A stretch of DNA of 64,000 bases. Source: Perna viridis. Its lineage: Eukaryota. Position 1 is the stretch's first letter; the number at the start of each line of letters is the position of its first letter. Below are positions 1-11,215 of this stretch, one piece after another. The DNA is taken from assembly GCA_037379345.1 (NCBI GenBank), contig CM074517.1:43380500-43444499 (forward strand), written 5' to 3'. The notes beneath the pieces are model-generated. The model was not told where the DNA came from. It made no database searches and worked only from the letters and a program-made list of their open reading frames with translations. The position numbers were made by a program, and so were the translations under genes.

Positions 1-116
1 TACAGTTTTAATAAAGAGTTTAGTGTTGTTGAACTGATTTTGCCGTTATGAGTATCTAATAATTGGATCTCAATAAACAATTGTCAGTCTTTTGAATGAA
101 GAAACATACATGTAAT

Positions 117-348
117 CATGCCTGTTAACCTGTGGGGTTATTCTCCTCAATTGCTACTGTCCTATGTTGGAAATTTTAATGTCAAAGCAAACTTTGGGTG
201 TAAAAATTTAATTATTTAGTATTTTTTACAGTAAGTTTAGTAATTTAAACCAGGAACTTCCCACAAATCTTACATTACTATGTGGGAGATTCTAATTTCC
301 ATTGAATTTAAAGGATTCTCCCCTAATGTGAGAGGGTTAACAGGTATG
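117..348. mobile_element. MITE-like element with CATGCCTGTTAACC / GGTTAACAGGTATG TIRs
   Basis: 14-bp TIR with 1 mismatch. No TSD recognisable. Confidence 0.5.
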
Positions 349-1312
349 TTCATATGACAACAGAGAACTTATGTCAGTTTTATTTTACCTCACATTTGGG
401 TGAAGTAAAACAGAAATTTATTAACTACCAAGAGAGCTCACAAAGAAAACACCTCTCCCTTTTTCCATTTAGTTGAACTTCAAACATGTAGGACGAATAT
501 GCTAGATTTGTCCTTTTGAAAACAATTTTCAGTCTCCTCCTTCATGCTCAACTAAATATGATGGTTAACCTGCCTGTAAAACTGTATCACAGTCCATTGA
601 GTCTTTTATCATGTAAAAAATCTTATTTTTTTGGATTATCTCCCTTTGTAGGGTTTGAACATATTTTTCAACTGTCAGGGAATAGACTAACAGACAGACA
701 CACAATTTTTTGGAGGATATCACATAAAACCTTGCCACTTCATGAGGCAGGGTATAAAAATAAAACAAAAAAAAATAAAAACACTTGAAGTTAAAAGAGT
801 TTACTTTTTCACAATTTCTCATTTATACAATTGTCAGTTTCATAGAAGCATTTGACAGACTTAAATGGATCTTTGACTAAATATATGTCAAAGTCAATCA
901 TATTTCACAAGTCACAATCTTATATTCAAGCACAACTTTAACAAGTCTCAATTACATGTAACTGGATTTAAAATCTATCAACACTTTCACAAGTCATGAC
1001 CGCACATCACTACACAAAAATATCACTCACTACTCCCAAAATCACATGAATAATGTAACAATCACAAACCTTCAATCACTCATTAATTAAGAAAGTTGAC
1101 AACTGGTTTATAATACAGATACACAATGACATGATCAAATGTCCCTAGCAATCTTATGACTGCCTATAGCCTCTCAATTATGATCGGGCATATGAAACAT
1201 TGATAGCAATAAAACAATGCACCAGAGACCATGTATTTGTTATTGCCTTGGTGAGGTATTTCAATACTATCCTTTCTCTGTAGAATTTTCTACTCTCTAG
1301 GGCATAAAATTC

Positions 1313-1318
1313 TTTATT
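1313..1318 (-). terminator. Candidate IMP3 polyadenylation signal AATAAA
   Basis: TTTATT on + (AATAAA on -), about 22 nt after the stop codon. Confidence 0.5.
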
Positions 1319-1339
1319 TTTCTAAGCTTTATACTACAA

Positions 1340-1366
1340 CTAGTTCATCAGATCAAAATCGTCCCT
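1340..1366 (-). CDS. IMP3: IMP3 last coding exon: RDDFDLMN*
   Basis: TTTGCAG acceptor and TAG at 1342-1340. Matches the IMP3 C-terminus RDDFDL. The seven exons sum to 552 nt, or 183 aa plus stop. Confidence 0.92.
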   Translation of the reverse strand, partial: RDDFDLMN

Positions 1367-2016
1367 CTGCAAATAGAAAATAACACAAGAGTTTGTCCAT
1401 ATACTGGTACTCAAAATTACTAGAAGAATAGCAGATATAGCAACATGTTATGTTTCAAACATCAAGTCACACTTAATTAACTATACAAACAGCAGAGCTT
1501 TTTTGTGTGGATTTCAATGGTACAAAGAAAACCACAACAGGCATGTATCTAGACTCTATAATGCAGTATCAATCAGGAAGAATGTAACTTCAGAAATTCA
1601 CCAAATATTTTTTATATTGTGAATTATGCAACTGTGCTGCACAGAAATACCAACAATTGTTCATAGCTAAGTTTAATATAATTCTTAATTGGCAAAATAC
1701 AAAATTTAAGACTCAAATGCTGCCTTGCACCTACATATTTTTCTCTAACTGTTAGTGCACAGATTTTTTTTTCAAACCTGGATAAAGTTACACAAACTGG
1801 TAGTAAACTGTAAACGGATAGTGGCATTCATTAAGACTCAAATAAGACCAAGTGATGCAAGTTCACCTTGGTGTCCACGACACACAGAAAAGACTTTAAT
1901 CTGCTAACTGTAGAAGCAATATTTGCATCTAAGCACACACTTAAATTAAGGTCCAAAAGAAGACAATTTCAAATTCTAATTTCCTGAGACATAAAACAAC
2001 AACAATATATACAAAC

Positions 2017-2089
2017 CAGTTCATTATATTCAAGCACTTGTTTTCTAATAGCTGAAGTATCTGTCCATGTGATGAAATCCTCCATATTT
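2017..2089 (-). CDS. IMP3: IMP3 coding exon 6: (R)NMEDFITWTDTSAIRKQVLEYNEL
   Basis: TTTCAG acceptor and GTTTGT donor (phase 0), 73 nt. Matches MEDFVTW...VLEYNE. Confidence 0.93.
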
Positions 2090-2339
2090 CTGAAAAATAT
2101 ACAGATGAGAAGAACGAGCCTATATTGCAATGTCAATCTGTTCTGTAACAGATTTCTCCACTTTTCTCAGAGGGAATGGTTAGATACAAGTTCTATTGTT
2201 TTAGCATGATGACAAGTATTTTGCCATCTCTTTCCGGGTTCTTCAATTATCTACTTCTGTTTCAATGTATGACTTTTAACTTTTTAAGGTGATACAAAAT
2301 GGAAATTTTTGTAATAGATTTCCCAGCTTCTTAGTACCG

Positions 2340-2452
2340 GTACATGTTATTTTGGTTATTTTTATGTTCTATGTTGTGCATGTCCATTTTCCCATTCTAA
2401 TCTTTATCCTTAGACTATATTCTTTTGACTTCTGTTCCCTTGATTACTTTTT
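2340..2452 (+). mobile_element. Decayed repeat family A copy in IMP3 intron 5
   Basis: Shares TTTATGTTCT.TGTTGTG...TTCTTTTGA...TTC.CTTGATTACT with 20900-21025. Confidence 0.55.
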
Positions 2453-2840
2453 TCTATTGGAAGGTGCACTTACATACTTGGCATATTGCTTATGCATGAT
2501 GACTTGTACTATGTCTCCCCTTTCAAGGTCCTCGCTTAATTTGACAGAAATGGTCGAGTGAATGTTTTCTTAGCCAGATGTAGCATGCAAGATCTTGTTT
2601 TATTTGTGGTCAACAATGCAATTCTCTAAGTTGAGTATAGTATGTAGATTGTTGAAATCAAGACTTTGAATAATAAAAATTATTTTTTTCTCTTCAGTAG
2701 GGAACAAAATATGTGCAAAAGTACTTTCACAGTTTTCAAATTTGTTAGGGCTAAATAGCACTATATAAGGTAAACAAATATTTCTTCTGAGTCTCCTACT
2801 AAATTGTTAATATTGTTTATCTGTTAAAATCTATATTTAC

Positions 2841-2892
2841 CTTGTTACTAGGAAGGCAGGATCTGTGACAACTTCAGGACCAACTCTTACAT
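2841..2892 (-). CDS. IMP3: IMP3 coding exon 5: (H)VRVGPEVVTDPAFLVT(R)
   Basis: AAG acceptor preceded by TTCCTTAAC, donor GTAAAT, 52 nt. Nearly identical to IMP3 HVRVGPDVVTDPAFLVTR. Confidence 0.96.
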
Positions 2893-3869
2893 CTTCATAG
2901 TGTTAAGGAAATTCTAGATTGATTTACAGCAAAAATAATGCAATACTAAGTAAGTAAAAATTTTCGTAAATGAATATTTTTTAAGAGCAAAAATTATAAT
3001 TCAAAAAATAATCTCTGCATCAATGTACTAAAATTATACAAAAAGGAAGACAATACTACATGAATCGTGAACAAAGAATTCCTAAGAAATATGATATATA
3101 TTGAAATCTGCATCTTAATTTTAGCTGATTCAAATTTTCTTTTAGTTACACAAAAATATAGTCAAAATTATACCTTTCACCAATTTCTATATTTCTATAC
3201 GATGTACATGTATTACATGTAACAAAATTAATACAAAAAGCTTCTTGCACATTTTTAAAAATTTGTATACAAGAATTTCAAACTTCACAATTTTGCCTAC
3301 CTTAAGATTTAGTCTATAACTATAAAATTCTGTTCTAATTAAAGCTTATTGAAGATTAATACAGTCATTTGTAACCCAAGAACAATGAAAAAAACTGAGC
3401 AATACTCATTAACTTGACACCCCCCCCCCCCCGATCCCCCATTTGATAACATGCCCCTTTTGACCTCCATATTGACATGGATTAAAACTTTAAATAGAGG
3501 TGCACAAAGGGAATATGTAATAAAGATTCTGTGAAAGGGGGGGTCAGGGATTAAAGTTTGATCCCCCCTATGTAACTAAAGAAAGGACAGAAGGAAAGAC
3601 ACCCCCATCACTATAAAATGCTCACTTGCAATGTGGGGGTATAAAAATCAGCAATCCTTAGAACCATAAAAAACTATTACTTTGATACCTAGATTTAAAA
3701 CTATCACTATATACCCCCACTTTGCAAGTGTGTGTGTGGGGGGTATAAAAAGAAAGGAAATCTTTATAGCACCACCATTTATATATTGTGCCCTACTATG
3801 TAACTTGAATTACTAATGGCTGCTTTCTCCAAGTAAATTATAGGATCTAACACAGTATTTAAAGGTTAC
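2893..3869 (-). other. IMP3 intron 4: U12-type (minor) or hybrid GT-AG intron, phase 1
   Basis: Donor GTAACCTTT (U12 consensus GTATCCTTT). Branch site TTCCTTAAC at 2910-2902 ends 9 nt before the exon. No polypyrimidine tract. Confidence 0.8.
3378..3750 (-). mobile_element. Decayed HINE-like sequence inside the U12-type intron
   Basis: CTCATTAACTTGACACCCC is the reverse complement of the 9085-9105 terminus. Two GGGGGTATAAAA heads at about 3645 and 3748. Confidence 0.55.
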
Positions 3870-3949
3870 GTCCTTGTTCTACAAATGTTGTGGCTGCCTT
3901 CATATTCTCTGACATGTGGTTTCTCACCATAATAACAGGTAAACGTCGT
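3870..3949 (-). CDS. IMP3: IMP3 coding exon 4: (R)RRLPVIMVRNHMSENMKAATTFVEQG(H), S4 domain
   Basis: TTTAAG acceptor and donor C|GTAACCTTT, 80 nt. Contains the S4-domain RRRLP...FVEQGH motif. Confidence 0.95.
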
Positions 3950-4231
3950 CTTAAACAATAATTTTGATGTAAAACAAAATAATGATAAACAATTCTTCAA
4001 ATTTTTCAGGCTAAATGTTTCATGTACATGTACTAAAACAGTGACTTACTAATCTATCCAAAAACTTTAATAATTCTTGATATGAAGAAAACCTTTATTA
4101 TAATTAAAAGCCTTTTCTCTCAAATATATTTTTGTGTTACATAGAAACAGCTGCACTTATTTTTCATACGGAGTTATCTCCCATTGCATACAGCAATCAA
4201 ATAGTTTGACCAGGAAATTCTGCCAGCTTAC

Positions 4232-4306
4232 CGACAAAATGATGTAGCATTCACTGTATCAGCCAGTGATAAACTTCTCTTGGTTGGTACCAGTCCCATA
4301 CAGTGT
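4232..4306 (-). CDS. IMP3: IMP3 coding exon 3: (L)HCMGLVPTKRSLSLADTVNATSFC(R)
   Basis: TTTCAG acceptor and GTAAGC donor, 75 nt. Matches IMP3 GLVPT...SFCR. Confidence 0.94.
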
Positions 4307-6900
4307 CTGAAAAATATGACACATACATTAACAAACTGACAAATCAATTTCGTAATGCATCATATTAACAACTCCCTCCAATGAAAGCCAAAATTTGACA
4401 ACTTTATTCATAGGTATTAAAGTTTTAAGGTTTGTCAATATTTCATTAGTGCAGGATATTGAAGACTTTGTAGACTTCATTAGTCCAACTATGCTATTGA
4501 TAAAAATGTTACACTTTAATTTGAAATTGTGTTCTGACTGAAACAGGTACCAGTACCCAGAAAAATGTAGCTGTTCCACAGAACAATCGAAACAAAGTGG
4601 ATTTTGTAGACGTGTCATACGCTATTTGAGAAGGAAGGTCACATTCACATGAAACAGTACTCAAAAGATTTCAAACATTTTTGCCTTGTCAATTTATATC
4701 AAGGCATGCCATCAAGAATAATGTTTACAGTGACATTTTCATGTGTAAAAGTGAATTGAGCTTTGCTAGTCAAATACTACTGAGTAGGCTTTGTTGATTG
4801 AATGCTGTAATTACTGCATTTCAAATTATTTTTAAATGTTATAATATAGCTATTTACCTAACAGTTTTATAATTGAGTTGGCAGATATCCAAAAATTTTA
4901 AACCACTTTTTGAGAGAACAAAAAATTATTAAGTTCATTTAGAGGACCAATTTGAAATTCATAAAACAATCAAACAATGTCTAGTAGAAAAAAGGTTTGC
5001 TTTTATTTGTACTAAGAATCTAAACAGATAGACTTAACCAGACAAACACAGCATGAGTAAACCATTCAGATTCTACAGAATTCATTCACCCTCCTGTGAT
5101 TCTGAAAGTGTGTCAGTCACGCGTCAGTTACATAACATTGTAAACAATAACCACAATGACATTGCATTGTAGGAAAAACAAACTGCCATATTCCTGTCAC
5201 ACTCAATTTTTCATAACAATACTAAACATGTTTATCTCGACATTTCATCAAGGTAAACAACCCCCCATCCCCCTTAAACAGCTTAGAAATTGCACATGGT
5301 TAACATATTTGAATACATACAACTTTACACAAAAGTGAATTAACAACAATTTTGGCACTGAATCATTTTGCTATAAACTCTTCAAAATGCCAACTTGATG
5401 ATTACAAAATCACAAGAATAGCGAGTTACTCATCGCTCTGAATTTGCCAATTTAGACATCGCTGTTTGATAGGGGAGGTAATTCAATTTTTATAAATTTC
5501 TCTGAATAAACAAATGGAAAAAAAAATTAAGTGATGTTCTATTTTTTTATACAACATACCCTTAATTTGCCCATCCTATGTCTCAACCTTGAGGTTGTTA
5601 ACCTTGGGCATGTAGTAAGAAAAAAATAGCTTAAAATATCAGTTAGTTACACACAAAAGATTAAACTACAAAGTACACTTAACTTTACAACAAACAAACA
5701 TTTTTCTAGCAACAGATATCTTCCACCACAATGCTTTTTACAAGGTCATTACTGATAAAATAGCCAAATGCAACTTGTATTGTTTTGATTTGAAAATGCA
5801 GCTGTTTTTGTAACACAGCTATCAAATTATCACAAAATCGCTTGATAACTGACGAAATCTGTAGGTTTCTTTAGCAGCTACAAGTCATGGTAAAGGAATT
5901 TGAACATGATTTCTCTACATTTCTTGCCTTGGCACATCATTAATTGAAATAAAACCTAGCCAGCTTTGTATAACAAAATCAAACACTTTCCTGCATTAAA
6001 GATGTAGCTATAGGAATTTTATTGTGAAATTTTTGGCATTTAACAAAGAAATTTGATTCAATTAATGTCCAAAAAGTTTTAAATATGAACAACCTGTGTT
6101 TAGCAAAACCTATAATTAAGCAGTATAGATAATATACATGTGGTGCACTTGCATCTATTATGACAGCATACACTTTTTTAAATTCAATTTTTTGTTTGAA
6201 CATCTGACTTAATTTCATATAATGTGCAACATAAAAAGTTTTTTGAAAGTAATTATACCCCTTGCTCAACTCTTGAACAAATAATACATTTAAATTGCAC
6301 ATTAAACCTTCAACAATATTAACTTCGTTTCACATAAATTACCAAACCATTGTTTAGAGTTTCATTCAATTTTCTTGACACAAAAAATATTTCAATATAT
6401 TTACCCCTCTTCATTAGCAACTGCCTACGACTATAAAGACCTTTACTTGATGTTCAGTTCACATGAAGAAGTCTACCCTTGCACAGTTTTAATGTACAAA
6501 ACATTAGTCAGATTGACAGAGTGATTTCTTTATACTTAATATATTAGTTAGCAGCAGTTATAAAAATCACAGCACTGGAGGTTTTTTTATTTTTTATTAT
6601 TTTTGTTTTTAGTGATGATTGTAGTATGAACAAAATTTCAAGGATTACATGATGTAAACAAAATTGTGATCATACATTTGCATTTTACATATTATTAAGA
6701 ACTGTTTTTTTTTTAATATGTATGAAGTAAATGTCAATCCAACCCCACACACATTTACAAAATTTTGTTCCATTTCACCTTAATCCCTAATTTTTAAACC
6801 TGTCCAAAAGTTAACGTGCATCTACATTCAAAAACTATATTAACAGAGTATTTATCTTACACTGTAATAATACTAGAAAAAACAATTTCAGCTTATGAAC

Positions 6901-7370
6901 ATAATTTCCTTGACGAACAGAAAATTTTCAAAAACTAGACACTTTTATCAATTTGAATTTTCCCACCAATTTTACTTTGTTAAAATCACTGCTCTTCACT
7001 TCTTGTATATTAATGGTAAAATATTAATGATGGCTATGATGAATATTTTGACTGATAAGTTCGTTAAATGGAACATCCGTAACACATTTTACACTCCTTG
7101 ACACAATACTGCAAGAACTAACTGCATATTTATAAAACCAATATCAGTTAAGAAGATAATTTCCTTGATGAACAAAAGATTTTCAAAAATAAGACACTTA
7201 TATCAATTTGAACTTTCCCACCAATTTTACTTGATTAAAATCACTGCTCTTCACTGCCTGTTTATTAATGGTAAAACATTAATGCTAGGATGAAGTATTT
7301 AACTGATAAGTGTATTAAATGGAATATTGTTCACACATTATACACTTCTTGACACATTACTGCAAGAACT
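6901..7370. repeat. Tandem duplication of ~220 bp (6901-7119 and 7156-7370)
   Basis: Collinear copies from ATAATTTCCTTGA to ACTGCAAGAACT. Confidence 0.9.
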
Positions 7371-8681
7371 GAATTCCCAAAATACAAATTTATGACAAAA
7401 TATCTTTCAAGGCCAAAAAGGAGTCCCTCAAATCTCCAGTTGGTATGAAGACTAGATCTTAATTCCATTTGCAGAAATAATAGAATATTATTAAGCTGAA
7501 TAAATGGAAGAAACATGTTTACTGGTAGAAGATATACTGAATGATATAAAATGAATTACATTTGGACTATATTTTTGTGTACTGTTCAGAAATAGTAATG
7601 AAGTTCCAGTGATGGACCACCAACATCAGGTATTTTAATATTATAATCTCTCATCTGCAGAGAATCTACTATAGGTAATTCCTATAGCAATTTAAGTTGG
7701 TAAGTCACATTTCTAACAAGTACTATCTTTAAAAAAAGAAAGCCGATGCATTTTCTCCCATTGTTCATTCCATATCTGATTCAGATTTTATTTGATTAAC
7801 AGTGTGATCACTGTGCTATGTTTCATACTTCTTTCAATTATCAACTACCGGGTACTAGATCTTATATATCTTGTTTTTCTGAAAATAAGCTTAAGTTATG
7901 AGTTTAACAAAACTGATTAAACTGCTGCTTAATCTTCTGTAGGAGTAGTTCAATTGTTTTCCTGCTACTTCATCTATAGTCAAAATATTGAATTGATAGA
8001 ATGCATTATATTGATCTCATTAACACCTCATTTAAAGCCATTGACTTATGACTACAATTTTTTATTCTGATTTTTGTCACATGCTCAAACAACATTCTTT
8101 CATAGTATAGTGCTGCTCCAACAAACACCTTATATCTGTTGAACAAACACAAAAGGTGTCATGTGACCTTGATCACCATCTGAGGATTATGGATAAAATG
8201 ATGGACACTTGATAGCTTTAAAAAAAACTTCAAAATGCCAAACCAAAGAACACATCTATGTTTTAAATCTCAATCCCATTAAAATCTCTACTTCTTTTTT
8301 TATTTTATGTTTAACACTCCATAAAACTAAATGCTAAAATGGGTATGTTTGGAAAGCCATTGAATTAGGCCCCATTTTGTGTAAAGATTTGGCTGCTTTA
8401 AAACTGTAAAATTTTATAAGATTCATAGAGCTTGTCAATTGTATTTAATGATCAGTTACAATAGGGAAATTTAATGTAATGACTGATTTTAATGTACTGC
8501 CTTATCTCAAATGTATGAGAAAAACTCAAGTTTTCTTTCATATGTTAAACAGCGCTATTAAAATCTAAACAATAGCATATAGTACTGATAATTTTGTGAG
8601 CTTCATTCCCAGGTTTCTCTTCCTGATTTCAAATGTTTAGTCATTGTCATAAATTTTTTTATACAATTGTATTTTAAATTA

Positions 8682-9127
8682 TTATACCCCTCCCCATTTA
8701 AGTGGAGATATGTAGTAATAGGGTTGTCTGTCTATACATCCTTCCATCCTGCCTTCTGGTACACAGGGCAGGGGGGCATATCTTATCTGTACCCTTCCTA
8801 CACCACTGAATAGAACTTAATGAAACTTTCACAGAATCTTTATTATACATAACCATTGGGTACCTCTATTTTGGATTTTGATTCAAATCAAATTGAGGGT
8901 CTACATAGCAAAACATGGATTTGTCCTTTATGAATATGTGAATACAGAGGGGACTCAACTCTTATCCATTACTCCTTCTACACCAGTGAATAAATTTTAA
9001 CGAAATTTTCACAGACTTCTATTCTAAATTTTTATCAAAATCAACATGGAGGTCAAAAGTTGCATGTTATTAAATAGGGGAGTGGGGGTATCAAGTTAAT
9101 GAGCATTGTTCCCATTTTTTTCTAGTT
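8682..9127 (+). mobile_element. HINE-like element of a second family (TTATACCCC... start, GGGGTAT...CTAGTT end)
   Basis: Subterminal IR, GTCT/ATCC microsatellite-like stretch and two ~179-bp cores (8782, 8961). Same head and core at 47191-47400. Inverted decayed copy at about 3378-3750. Confidence 0.65.
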
Positions 9128-11107
9128 TTTTTAAAGTCATAATTTTTTACCTACTATTTTGGGTGTGCAAAATATATGAACTTGTTGGGTCTACATAAAA
9201 TTTATACAATGCTTCTGCATGAAACCAATTTAAATGTACCACAGCAACTTTTCCAACATCCACACAGGGTTTACTATATTGACAGTATGATTTATCAAAT
9301 TAAAATAGAATTAAAACCAATCCCAAATTTTGATGTATCGTGGAGGAATAGCATGAATCTCTAATGAGTTATCTACCCAGGGCCTTTCAATTTATTGCAA
9401 AACATGAGCATTTATGAGCTAACATTATTTGGAGACACATTTTTTTATCTGGAACAAAAGAAAGTAAAAGCAGTTCCACATAAAAAATGAAGTTGCATGT
9501 GTTGTAGTACCCAACTCGTACAGGAAATTGATATCAGAATGCAACCAAAATTGCTTGTAACATATGACTAACCTACATGAAGCTACAAACCAGATTGGAA
9601 ATCAATCCTTCCAAGGGGAGTCGAAATAATTGTGATAAAAAATTGGACAGGCAAAGTGATTCAAATATATCACCCACTTGTTGAGTGGGAATATAGTACA
9701 TGTGACTTACACATTTAAGGGTGTCTGTATAAAAGGAACTATCTACCCTGAACTTCTTGATAGCAGAGCATGATTCAATTAGATATTTGAAATAACCACA
9801 AGAAGATCAATAAATAATGCAGATCCCTGATAGTATGATGTACAGTTTGTGATTTGAATTATTTTTGTTTTACTTAAAACCCTTAGAATTTAAAAAAATG
9901 TGGTTTTAAAAAGAGCCGTCTTCATACCCATCCCACCTAAACCTAGTATACCAGTCTTTATAGCATTCTGAAACTGCAGATTAATTCTTAGTAAAATAGA
10001 TGAAAGAAACCAAACCTGAATGCACTTGAGCCATACCTATTTGTTTCTTTAATGAAAGATTCAAACTACATCAAATTGTCTAATAAAGGCAAATAACTTT
10101 TAATTGATGGAGCACAAAATACATATTGCTACAAAAGCATGCATTTAAGTTCTGAAAAAGCACAACTTGAGGTATGTAGTCCAATCAGTAGATTTCATAA
10201 TATTGAGTTGATACTTGACATAAAAAATTGAACCATGCAAAGGCTGTAGCAAAGATTTAAAGAAAAAAACAAAAATCCTTTCATCCTAAAATCTTTATTT
10301 GGTTGATTCATTTTTCTAACAAGGAAAATTATTTTAGTTGATCAAAAACATATTACCAGTGATTACCATAAAACCCATTTTACTTGCAATGATTTCACCA
10401 CTTCAAGGCGTGTCCCCATCACAAATTATTTCCAGAACTTATCCCCCACATCCTGTCTCCGTCCAAGACAATCCACTAATAATTAAATTCAATGTCAGAT
10501 TATAACAACAGTGTAAACTAAGCACCAATCATCAAACATTTTAATAAACAATACAAATCTTCAGTGAAAAACAGATTTAATTCTTACATGTTTTCATGTT
10601 ATTGCTTATTTTCACTGGCCCTATCAAAGTTATCCTAACCCATGCAGACTAAAGACTTAATTCTGAGACAAAACAGAATCTTGGTTCCATACATAATACT
10701 CTTTCTCAAACACTTTACATAGTCAAGTTAAAGCTACTGACTTCAAAAACCTTAGAAACTTCAAATACAAAAACAAATCGTAAATTTCAATTTACACTTC
10801 ATAAACTGCTTATCCAAAAATGTTAAATAAATGTCTGACCTATGTCACCTATAAAAGGATGTCTCAGATCAAATGAAAGCAATGCACAGAACACATGCAC
10901 ACTTCAACAAACAAAAACAAACATTTACATAAGTTACATCAGATAACAACATACAAAATTGTTCACATTTCTTTTTATTTTAGCATGGGTCTTCGTCAAA
11001 ATCTGGCAGAAGCATATACCAAGCATATTATTATATCAAGCAGGTCTGAACCTGATCGTCAATACTGTTAAAAACTAATTTTTATAAATACTTTATTTGT
11101 ACTTCAA

Positions 11108-11215
11108 TAGTGTATAACTAACGGCAAGATGGTGTGTAACTAATGGCAAGATGGTGTGTAACTAATGGCAAGATAGTGTATAACTAATGGCAAGATAGTG
11201 TATAACTAATGGCAA
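11108..11215. repeat. 22-bp minisatellite, ~5 copies (TRGTGTRTAACTAATGGCAAGA)
   Basis: Direct head-to-tail repeats. Confidence 0.95.
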
